Shown here piece by piece: positions 1 to 9,832 of a DNA stretch of 64,000 bases. Every line of letters starts with the position of its first letter. The stretch's first letter is position 1. The position numbers and the translations under genes were made by a program. A model generated the notes under the pieces. That model was not told the DNA's origin. It saw nothing but the letters and a program-made list of their open reading frames with translations, and did not search any database. The stretch covers positions 1,302,001 through 1,366,000 of the forward strand of contig VJWM01000025.1 of assembly GCA_010909165.1 (NCBI GenBank), given 5' to 3'. The stretch comes from Anthoceros angustus (taxonomy: Eukaryota > Plantae > Anthocerotophyta).

Positions 1-2226
1 TCAGGCAATTGCCCAACACTACGTCATCCAGCAGTCCCCTTTGAACAATCTGTGAGTCCAGCTCCCTGCCCTTCTGTAAGGCACCAGTGCTTGCACAGGC
101 CTTCAGAAGGCAAGCAAAAGTGACATGGTCAGCCAAAATGAGGCCCTCCTGCTCCATTTGTCCGTACAGAACAAGTGCCTCTTGGCTGAGTCCTTGCTGC
201 GCATACCCAGAAATCAGCGCCGTCCACGTCACCACATCCTTGGTGGCCAAGTCTTCAAAAACCTGACGTGCATCATTCAGTTCACCACATTTTGCATACA
301 TGTCCACCAGGCAGTTACCCAACACCACATTGCCCAGCAGTCCTCTTTCCACAATCTGCGAGTGCAGCTGCCGGCCCTTCAGTAAAGCACTAGTGCTCGC
401 ACAGGCCTTTAAAAGGCAAGCAAAAGTGACATGGTCAGCCAAAATGAGGCCCTCCTTCTCCATTTGTCCATACACAACAAGCGCCTCATGTCCGAGTCCT
501 TGCTGTGCATACCCAGCAATCAGGGCATGTCCATGTCACCACATCCTTTGTCCCAAGCTGTCAAAAACCTGCATCTTCCAGTTCACCACATTTTGCATAC
601 ATGTCCACCAGGCAGGTGCCCACCACTACGTCATCCAGCAGTCCTCTTTCACAATCTGTGAGTGCAGCTGCCGGCCCTTCAGTAAAGCACTAGTGCTCGC
701 ACAGGCCTTTAAAAGGCAAGCAAAAGTGACATGGTCAGCCAAAATGAGGCCCTCCTTCTCCATTTGTCCATACACGGCAAGCGCCTCATGGCCGAGTCCT
801 TGCTGTGCATACCCAGCAATTAGCGCTGTCCATGTCACCACATTCTTTGTCCCCAAGCTGTCAAAAACCTGGCGGGCATCTTCCAATTCACCACATTTTG
901 CATACATGTCCACCAGGCAGGTGCCCACCATTATGTCATCCAGCAGTCCTCTTTTCACAATCTGTGAGTGTAGCTGCCTGCCCTTCTGCAATTCACCAGT
1001 GCTTGCACAGGCCTTCAGAAGGCAAGCGAAAGTAACATGGTCAGATAAAATGAGGCCCTCCTGCTCCATTTGTCCATACAGAACAAGCGCCTCATGTCCG
1101 AGCCCTTGCTGTGCATACCCAATCAGGCATTCCATGTCACCACATCCTTTGACGCCATGCTGTCAAAGACCTGGCGTGCATCTTGCAGTTCACCGCATTT
1201 TGCATACATGTCCACCAGGGAGGTGGCAACAAACACGTCTGTAGGAATGCCGCTGTGCAATACATCACAGTGCACATTCCTGCCAGATTCCAAATCAACC
1301 GCAAATGCACAAGCTTGAAGGGCAGCTACAAAGACGTGAGCATCCGCCTTCACTCCTGACCTACGCATCTCATGGTACAGCTGCACGGCCTCATTGGGTT
1401 TCCCATGCTTAGCGTATGCGGAGATTATGGAAGACCACATGAAGACATCTGGTTTCCCCACCTTGGTGAGAACATTTCTGGCTTCCTCTAGCCTACCTCC
1501 ATATGCATACATGCGCAAGATATGATTCCCCAAGTACACATTCGACTCGTACCCAAGTTTGACAGTGAGATCATGAACTCGTCGCCCCAGAATCAAATCC
1601 TTTTTAGCTGTACACAGTTTTAGCACAGTGTAGAACAGAGACCGAGAAATAGCAGACTCTGTCTGCGCCAGAGATTCCAGGGCTCCAACTGCCTCAGAAA
1701 GCTTCCCCTGCTGACATAACACGGTTACGGTTCCAGCCGTTAGGAAGCCCATTTCCGATCCTGCACGCCTGCCAGGTTCAGACTTATTATCCAAAGAGCT
1801 GGACTTGGAAGCAGAGGCACCATGACCCATCTGCATATCCAAGGAAACGAGCTGCTCATCAACCCAAGCTGGTTTAGACACGTCATTTAACCACAGGACC
1901 TCGCCGGACCCCTTACGCCGGAAGTCAGGCAAACCGGAGCTCCTCGTGCCTCGTCTGTTGTCCCACCACATCGTAGGGTCCAGGAAAAATTGTTGCCACA
2001 AGTGCTCCTGCTCCTGGCGACGACCATCGCTGGAAAACCAGTCCCCACCCACACATTTTCTCGGAAGTGGAAGTGCTGGGCTCCTTACACTGCTGCACCT
2101 GGAGGCTTGGTTGTTTGCCAGGGGTTGACTCCGTGAGCTGAGGGGAGCGGGAGCTCCTCGAAGAATCCCTGTACACACGCCAATATGTTGGGTCCACAAA
2201 GAGTCCGGTTGCCATACTGTGGCCAT
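1..2226 (-). pseudogene. PLS-class PPR gene with N-terminal OSB/PDF motif, interrupted by several frameshifts; 3' end lies outside the window
   Basis: ORF 1123..2226 has WWDNRR..PDFRRK..EVLWL followed by PLS motifs. Further LVDMYAKCGEL/VVTWTALIAGY triplets continue in shifted frames down to base 1. Comparing adjacent repeats shows indels at about 1125, 648, 570, 552 and 528. The N-terminus MATVWQPD.. closely matches the gene at 36054..38654. Some indels could be assembly errors. Confidence 0.85.
1849..2007 (-). other. OSB-type PDF motif (complete)
   Basis: EHLWQQFFLDPTMWWDNRRGTRSSGLPDFRRKGSGEVLWLNDVSKPAWVDEQL fits the W..FF..P..WWDNR..K....PDFKHK.TGEALWL motif of plant OSB proteins. Confidence 0.85.
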
Positions 2227-2468
2227 CGTTCAGGGACCGTTGTCGGAACATGAGTCTAACAACGGACTGTGGCTGGATGCCCAGGTACTCTGTATGACCA
2301 CACCATCTTGAAGGACACAGCAGACGGTCTTCGAGTATGTGCCCAGAAAAAAGAACACATTACGGATTCGAAGTTTTGGACACCAACTGAAAGATCAAAC
2401 TATCAAACCAGATGAGTCTAAAATTTCTTGATTCCAGAAGGAGCGGGATTCATGCGATTCTGATTGGT

Positions 2469-2577
2469 GACGCTTCTTCCTCTTCCTCTGTGGTTTGCAG
2501 CCCTTTGTTCTTCCTGCATATGATGACGCTTCTTCCTCTTCCTCTTCCTCTGTGGTTTGCAGGCCCTTTGTTCTTCA
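2469..2577. repeat. Imperfect tandem duplication (2 x about 50 bp) upstream of the PPR gene
   Basis: gacgcttcttcctcttcctc..tgtggtttgcag(g)ccctttgttcttc occurs twice in tandem. Confidence 0.8.
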
Positions 2578-3599
2578 TATGATGTTTTGGGAGCAGTAGG
2601 TATGTTTAGGCAAGGAGCTTAGTGGCTTCCTTTCCACCTCGACCCTTGGGGTCTCTTTGGTTGTCCCTGTTAGATGGGCTTTTTCCCATCGTTCTTACGT
2701 ACAACCCATGTGTTCGGGATTCTGATTGGTAGTCTACTACCTACCTATGCATGCTGTGATGAGAGCCATCTATCAGTGTTTATAGCCATTCAAGTCCCTG
2801 ACTCAGTCTCAGTTTGGACGAGCATGCAGTTAAAATTCACTCATGTCGCTCAATGCTTAACGAGCTCAAGATTCCAGAATGCCTGGAAAACAGAGGTTGG
2901 AGCTGGCAGATGTCAATGCTGGGAAGCCGTTGGAGGAGTTTGAAGTACGAGATCTCCAAAGGTCTGATTCGAATCTCATTTACACGGAGATTCAGCACAG
3001 ATGGCAGGAAGTCCGAAGTGACGGACATCAGGACGCAAGCCTGTATCACCAGGTGCCGCTTGCCCTGCGGGCTGCTCATCAGCGATGCGAACTCTGCCTG
3101 ACCTGCTTCACTTGACTAGCCTACGGGATCATTGCTTGAGTTTGCTTGTCAGCCGAAACTCCGCCCAATTTCCTGTTGGAAAATGCAAACATTTGGGGGT
3201 AACCCACATGCCTCCCCTCGGCAACAAACACGGTAGATCCTTGAGAAATAATATCCTCCAGCTTCTTCCAAGACCCACAGACCTACAACCCACGTCCCTG
3301 GCGGAATGGCAGCATCCTTCGTTTTCCCCACCTAGCTCTTGTATTACTGTCGTAAAACAACTGCTGCCTGATCGCTTCGTCTTGGAGGAGCTCCGATGAC
3401 GCATGCCGTGCAGCTTGTTTCGAGCTTTATAGCTCCGCCAGAGCCTCGTCTGTCAAGGTTTTGTGCCTCACTTACCTGCGTCTTCTTCCTTGCTGTGCTA
3501 TGATCGTCTGCTTCACAGGGATGACATGCTACTGCTGGGGGTGTTAATAGGTCCTCGTACCCAGTTCTGGGTACGATTCCGAGTGGCAGTTGCAGAAGC

Positions 3600-5028
3600 A
3601 TGTGCACCCCAACATCGGACTTGCGCATGTCTGCAGATGGCAGTGTGGCAAGCACACTTGACTGCATACGAAAAGCAGGAGTGGTAGCCTGCCTCCGCAC
3701 TCACAGGTGAGCTCCCTGCCATCCTATGAGACGACATTGTCCAGTTCAAAGTTTCTCATGCTCGTCATGGTGTATGTAGCAGTGGAGAGCTGGCTCTGGA
3801 ATGCGCAAGGGCTGCTCTGGATGGCAACATCACAGTGGTAGGCAATGGCATTACTTTTATGGAACCCCGCACCGACGCTCAGACTTCTCTGAATTCTTGT
3901 GCTGTTCCCATATCTTGTGCCGTTCCCGGATTGTTTTCATTGCTCCCCACATGTGGACATGTTACAGCTTGAGTTGACGATGACGACCCCATCGGCAGCC
4001 GAGGTACCAGCAAGATTCTCTGACGTGCGTACGGTAGTCATGCTGGATTGACATCCTCAATAGCTCGGAAGTGACATGCTGCACAGGTTATCGAGATCTT
4101 GGTGAAAGAGTATCCATCAGCTCTGATTGGGGTATGTGCAGCGCCTGCTTATTTTAGCATCTATTCCGTTGCCTTAGTTCATGTAGGATAGAAGCAAGGC
4201 CACATCTTCTGACAACGTGTTGCTGCCGTTCAGGCTGGCACAGTTTTGTCGTGGCAAGAAGCTGAGAAAGCTTTGGCAGCAGGAGCCAAGTTCTTGCTCA
4301 GTCCAGTGGCTTTGGAGGCACTTTGACAAGCCTGGAATCATCTAGAACGGGAAGCACTGTAGCTTGGCATCATGTCGTTAAACTGTGCCTCGGATATGTG
4401 CAGGAAGTTATCACAAGGAGCAGGGAGAAATCGGTGCTCTTCATACCGGGGGCCATGACACCGACTGAGGTCAGAGAGCAATGTACAGCACGTGGGATTT
4501 CTCTTCTCCATGGTCATCTTCTCAGTATGTTGGGTTGAGTTTGCAGGTGGTAAATGCTTTCAATTGGGGAGCGAAAGCCGTGAAGGTATGCCTGAAACCT
4601 CGATCATGTCATGCAGCACACCTAACGAACATCTCTGAGCCATAGACATGGTGACTGTGCCATTGATCGTTTGGCATGCAGCTGTATCCAGCGGAGCTTG
4701 CAGGTGGCATCCAGTTGGTTAAGGCGTTGGGGCGTCCGTTGCCACACATTCCTCTGATAGTGTCGTCGGGGATCACTTTAGGTGTGTATTGCTACATTTC
4801 GTCAGCCATGCTATCGTATCGTATTCAGCGAGGGCAGCCTCAAAGTCGTCTTACATTACAGATAAGCTGGAGTCATATCTCAAGGCAGGAGCCACAGCAG
4901 CTGTATTGACAGATGCCATCTTCGACAAGAGCGCCATGGCGGCAAGAGACTACAAATTGATCTCGCAGCGGGCAAGAACTGTGGCAAAGACGGCGTCTTT
5001 CTTGGTTCACAGTCAGCATGGTCCCTGA
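3600..5028 (+). CDS. KDPG/KHG aldolase (Eda-like), multi-exon; start codon uncertain (3600 or 3627)
   Basis: Exon peptides IRKAGVVACLRTH, GELALECARAALDGNITV, LELTMTTPSAAE, AGTVLSWQEAEKALAAGAKFLLSPV, LFIPGAMTPTEV, LYPAELAGGIQLVKALGRPLPHIPLIVSSGITL and SYLKAGATAAVLTDAIFDK, separated by GT-AG introns. Confidence 0.88.
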
Positions 5029-5134
5029 CATCCTAATGTTCCACCACACAATTGTTCCTTCCCTTGCCCGTCACCTGACTTTATAAGAAATGGAATCATC
5101 CACAGTTCCCAATTCCTGCTCTCGAATTCCACCT

Positions 5135-5604
5135 CTAGTAAGCAGGAATTCGAGAGTAGCTGTAGCCTCTGCATCCGCGCCACGAGTAGTAAGCGATCCT
5201 GGTCTCATAGAACCCTGCAACTCAAGAGAAGCGTAGCATCAGTCAGGAAGATGGGTTTCATTTCACGGATTTCACAAGGCATGCAAGAGATGGGTCTGGA
5301 TCCATCGCTTCCAGCTACCTGGTAAGAAGAGCAGGATTCCTAAGGTCAGGAAACCATAGGCTTGAGACCTGTCACCGCCCATGTGGCTCGTGAAGATGAG
5401 GTGGGAGATGGTGAGGAAGAGTGTCCCGAATGCGAGCAGAAACAGTGCCAAGGCAATAGCCTTCCAGGGTACCGGATCCTTCGGCTGGTACTTGAACCGC
5501 AGATCTTCAACACGTTGCGGCCGCGGTCGCGGCTTCGGGTGCTGCATGGGCTCGTCATCCTCCTTGCCCAGAGCAGAGTATCGCACGCCGGCTCGGTCAG
5601 CCAT
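5135..5604 (-). CDS. TMEM230/TMEM134 (UPF0414) small membrane protein, 2 exons
   Basis: VPWKAIALALFLLAFG..SQAYGFLTLGILLFLPG spliced to FYETRIAYYSWRGCRGYSYSRIPAY*. Confidence 0.9.
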
Positions 5605-5814
5605 CGCTTGCAGAATCTGAGCCTCCCGGGACGCCGCAGCTGGGGTACGAGATGCACCTGTTTCGGTTGAGCAGGCGGTTGTGAAATGAAGCAAGGAGCT
5701 TTGGTGAGTCTGATTCGAAGACGCGGTTTTGGCAGAAATTTTTCCTGGGTGCAGGAACAACGCAGATCAGGAGTCAGCGTCTGTGGTAAGTGGCCGTCTG
5801 CCTAGGGTTTCTAT

Positions 5815-8800
5815 TTGTTCGAGCTGGGCATCCCTGTGCTCCAGTTGATTCCTTGTGGTGCATCTTATGCAGTGGAATCGAGTGGAGAAGAAACTGTCTG
5901 GGGCGACTTTTTCGCAGACCCATCACCCTGGGGGGGCAGCAGATCGAACACGGTAACTCTGCCTGGAACCTGGCCCGGAGAAGGTCAGGAGGAGCAGCGG
6001 AGTGAGGTTGTTGAAGCCTTGGATCAGCTGGTAGCTCAAAAATTCTATGTTCCAAACCGTCTCCTCTACCGTGTTTTGGAAGGGTGCATCACTAGGAATG
6101 ACTTTGGTGGGGGAAGGCGGGTTCATGCTCTCACTTTGGAGACTGGACAGCATGGCCCAAGTACGTTCTTGGCCAACCATATCATCCGCATGTATGCTTC
6201 TCATGGAATGTTGCAGGAAGCTGCACAGGTGTTTGCCTCACTGGCTACACCGAACACCTTCTCCTGGTATTATATCGTCTCGGCTCACGCTGAACATGGA
6301 CAGCCGAAGGAGGCCTTACGCCTGTATCAGCAGATGCGGGGGTCATTGGTGAAGGCAGACAGCAGGGTGTTTGTGGCAGCTCTCAAGGCTTGTGGAAGCG
6401 CAGCGGACCTGGAATGTGGGAAGCAGGTGCATGCGGATATTCTGGATAGTCTGCTTGAGCCTGACATGTTTCTTGGCTGCAGCCTAGTTGACATGTATGC
6501 AAAGTGCCAGAGCTTAGGGGATGCACGAAGGGTCTTTGACCAGTTGGGGTCAAGGGATGTGGTGACATGGACTGCCATGATCTCAGGATATGCTCAGCAT
6601 GGGTGTGGTGAAGAAGCGCTTTCCCTTTATAGAGATATGCAGCTGGAGGGTGTTGCTCCAGCTGATCGCGTCACGTTCATGTGTCTCTTGAAAGCATGTG
6701 CCAGCATCGGAGCATTACATGTGGGCAAGGATCTTCATGTACAAATCCAGGAGAAAGGCTTGGGGAGTGATGTGGTTGTTGGCAACTGCTTGGTGGACAT
6801 GTATGCCAAGTGTGGCAGGTTAGAGGATGCACGCAGTGTGTTTGACAAATTGGCCGCAAAGGATGCCGTGACATGGACTGCTATGATCAGTGGGTATCTT
6901 CAGCATGGGCTTGGCCAAGAAGCCCTTGCTCTGTATTCCTGCATGCCGACAGAGGACAAGAGTTTGTTCGATCCTCACACTTTTGTGTGCCTTTTAAAAG
7001 CCTGTTCCAGGGTTAGAGCGCTAGAAGAAGGTAAACAGCTTCATAACCAGATTCGGAGCAGAGGACTGGAAGCAGATATTGTTATTGGCTGCAGCCTGGT
7101 GGAGATGTATGGAAAATGTGGCAGCTTGGAGGATGCCAACAGAGTGTTCGACGGCTTGCTCAACAAAGATGTGGTGACGTGGAATACAATGATTGTGGCA
7201 TATGCTGAGCAGGGGCTTGGTCAAGAAGCCTTCATGATGTATGCCCGGATGAGAGAGGAGGGCATCGCTGTAGCCAATGATGTGACATTCCTGTGTCTCT
7301 TGAAAGCATGTGCCACCAGTGGTATCCTCCACCAGGGGAAGCATCTTCACTTCCACATCAAAAACAGTGGACTGGAGGCTGATGTGGTTGTGGGGAGCAG
7401 TCTAGTGGATATGTATGTGAAGTGCGGGAGTCTAGAGGATGCTCGGAAAGTGTTTGACAGCTTGCCCACCAAAAATGTGGTGACATGGACTGCCATGATT
7501 TCAGGGTATGTGGACAATGGGCTTTGCCAGGAAGCCCTCTCTCTTTATGAAGCAATGGAGCAACAAGGCATCTTTCCAGCTGATGACGTAACGTTTGTGT
7601 GCCTCTTGAAAGCATGTGCTAGTGTTGGAGCTTTACATCAAGGGAAGCAACTCTATTCTCAGATTCAGGAAAGGGCGTCGGAAACAAATGTGCTCGTTGC
7701 CCGGAGCGTGATGGACATGTTTGCAAGATGCAGCAGTCTAGAGGATGCTCGCAGAGTGTTTGACAGTTTGCCTGTTAGAGATGTGGAAACGTGGACTGCG
7801 ATGATTTCTGGGTATGCCCAGCATGGGATGGGCCAGGAAGCTCTTTCACTTTATGCCAGGATGAAACAAGAGTGCCTAGCTACAGCCAGTCATGTTACAT
7901 ATGTGTGCCTCCTGAAAGCCTGTGCCAGCATTGGATCTTTAGCCAAGGGCAAGGAGCTCCACTGTGAGATTCGCGAAAGAGGACTTGATGCCGATTTGAT
8001 TGTGAGCAATTCTCTGGTAGACATGTATGCCAAATGTGGGAGCGTGGAAGATGCTCGCCAGGTGTTTGATCAGTTGTCATCCAAAGATACGGTGACATGG
8101 AATGCCATGATTGCTGGATATGCTCAACACGGGCTTGGTCAGGAAGCACTCAGTCTCCATGAATGCATGCAAGAGGAGGGTATCACTCCTGCAAATCAGG
8201 TGACATATATTTGCCTCCTGAAAGCATGTGCCAGCGTGGGCGCTTTCCATCAAGGGAAGACTCTTCATCTCCTCATCCAGAAAAGAGGGTTGGACACGGA
8301 TGTTGTTCTTGGCAGCGTCCTTGTTGACATGTACGCTAAATGCAGCAGCTTAGAGGAGGCCCGCAGAGTCTTCGACGAGTTACCCACAAGAAACGTGGTC
8401 ACATGGAATTCTCTGCTGAATGCATGCGGACAACACAACGACGGCCGAAGGGCAGTTCAATGTTTCCAGGAGATGGAGCAGCACGGAATCGAGCCTGACG
8501 GCTCCACTTTTCTCTGTCTGCTGGTGGCCTGCAGCCACACTGGGCTGGTCCATGAAGCTAAGATGTATTTCAAGATGATGGTGGATGAGCATGGAATCAC
8601 TCCCAGTGTCTACCACTATAACTGCATGGTCGATGTCCTTGGGCGGTCAGGCCAACTGGACGAGGCTGAGCAACTGCTGCGAAGCACACCATCCAAGGGT
8701 GACTTGGTGGGGTGGATATCTTTGCTGACTGCCTGCCGAAGCCACGGTGATGTCGAGCGTGGAAGGCGATGCTTCGACCAAATCATGCAACTGGACCCCA

Positions 8801-9309
8801 AGAACGCAGCTGCATACGTCCTCTTGGGAAACATCTTGGCCAACGCCGGTAGGTGGAGCGAAGTAGAGCGCATAGAGGCCCGGAGAAGATCCGCAGGTGC
8901 GTGCAAGAAGCCCGCAAAGGCTTGGATCGAGGTGAACAGCAAGCTCCATAATTTCACTGTGGGAGAGGAAAGGGGAGACGTCTCCTCCAAGCTGAGGAGC
9001 GTGAATTTCCGTCTGGAGGAGGAAGGCGGCCATGTGCCGCACACGGAGTTGGTGCTCAAACCAGTGTCTGAGAAAGAGAAGGAAGACGCCCTGTGTGGGC
9101 ATGCCGAGAAGCTAGCATTGGCCTTCGGTCTGCTCAACACCCCAGACGGCACAACGTTGCTAGTGACCAAGAATCTCCGTATGTGCGACGACTGCCATAG
9201 CGGCACAAAAATCTTGTCCAAGCTCGAGAAGCGAGCGATCATAGTTAGAGATGCTCACCGTGTTCATCACTTTGTGAATGGGTTTTGCTCATGTGGAGAT
9301 CATCTGTAA
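5815..9309 (+). CDS. PLS-class PPR RNA-editing factor with E1/E2 and DYW:KP domain, C-terminus DHL; true start uncertain
   Basis: About 8 PLS triplets, then KKPAKAWIEV, LCGHAEKLALAFGLL, KNLRMCDDCH and FCSCGDHL*. The ORF track begins at TTG. A possible spliced start is ATG 5686 with introns 5704-5754 and 5786-5872, which keeps the frame. Confidence 0.95.
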   Translation: MFELGIPVLQLIPCGASYAVESSGEETVWGDFFADPSPWGGSRSNTVTLPGTWPGEGQEEQRSEVVEALDQLVAQKFYVPNRLLYRVLEGCITRNDFGGGRRVHALTLETGQHGPSTFLANHIIRMYASHGMLQEAAQVFASLATPNTFSWYYIVSAHAEHGQPKEALRLYQQMRGSLVKADSRVFVAALKACGSAADLECGKQVHADILDSLLEPDMFLGCSLVDMYAKCQSLGDARRVFDQLGSRDVVTWTAMISGYAQHGCGEEALSLYRDMQLEGVAPADRVTFMCLLKACASIGALHVGKDLHVQIQEKGLGSDVVVGNCLVDMYAKCGRLEDARSVFDKLAAKDAVTWTAMISGYLQHGLGQEALALYSCMPTEDKSLFDPHTFVCLLKACSRVRALEEGKQLHNQIRSRGLEADIVIGCSLVEMYGKCGSLEDANRVFDGLLNKDVVTWNTMIVAYAEQGLGQEAFMMYARMREEGIAVANDVTFLCLLKACATSGILHQGKHLHFHIKNSGLEADVVVGSSLVDMYVKCGSLEDARKVFDSLPTKNVVTWTAMISGYVDNGLCQEALSLYEAMEQQGIFPADDVTFVCLLKACASVGALHQGKQLYSQIQERASETNVLVARSVMDMFARCSSLEDARRVFDSLPVRDVETWTAMISGYAQHGMGQEALSLYARMKQECLATASHVTYVCLLKACASIGSLAKGKELHCEIRERGLDADLIVSNSLVDMYAKCGSVEDARQVFDQLSSKDTVTWNAMIAGYAQHGLGQEALSLHECMQEEGITPANQVTYICLLKACASVGAFHQGKTLHLLIQKRGLDTDVVLGSVLVDMYAKCSSLEEARRVFDELPTRNVVTWNSLLNACGQHNDGRRAVQCFQEMEQHGIEPDGSTFLCLLVACSHTGLVHEAKMYFKMMVDEHGITPSVYHYNCMVDVLGRSGQLDEAEQLLRSTPSKGDLVGWISLLTACRSHGDVERGRRCFDQIMQLDPKNAAAYVLLGNILANAGRWSEVERIEARRRSAGACKKPAKAWIEVNSKLHNFTVGEERGDVSSKLRSVNFRLEEEGGHVPHTELVLKPVSEKEKEDALCGHAEKLALAFGLLNTPDGTTLLVTKNLRMCDDCHSGTKILSKLEKRAIIVRDAHRVHHFVNGFCSCGDHL

Positions 9310-9832
9310 GCAGATGCCAAGCTTGGCGAGCACATGAAACGAGAACAAGCGCTTGACGATCAGCCAAGCCGGTGGTGCAGTCCATGAAGAAGGGTCATCC
9401 TGTGGTGTCAAGCCTGATTCAAGGCAGAGCCCGTGCTCGCAAGGGCACCGCCTTGGAGGGTGGCTGCCGAGGCGCTTCCACTCTGCAGGCGGCACCTGAT
9501 CAGCGTCCACCTCTTGGTGAGGCGAGTTCGTCTTTGCTGCCTGCTGGTCCGATTGTGAATTTGAGCCATGTCGCTGGGCGATTTGCATGTGAGATCCGTT
9601 TAGCTGGCTTGCAGAGGAGGCGAGAGGATGGAGCGCCGATCAGTTGCAGTGGTCGGGCAACCGCACATGCCCCGACTTCATGCACGGAGCAAGGGAGGCT
9701 TTGTGGGTGGAATCTTCGGGTCTGAGTGAACGGCCAGCAGGGGGTTCGCACCAACCTGGGTTCAAGTTCTGGAGGTCCAGCCACTCAGCTGCTTTGGGTT
9801 TGTTGATGCATCTGTGACCGTCTTCAGCTCTG

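Noticed and set aside
300-1244. 314-aa plus-strand ORF and the many 60-200 aa ORFs antisense to PPR genes throughout the window
   Set aside because: Antisense shadows of repetitive PPR coding sequence; they repeat with the PPR period and have no independent motifs.
2800-3480. Several short ORFs and a strong minus-strand donor (cag|gtaagt near 3475) between the PPR and aldolase genes
   Set aside because: No consistent spliced model or recognisable protein could be built; a small gene is not excluded.
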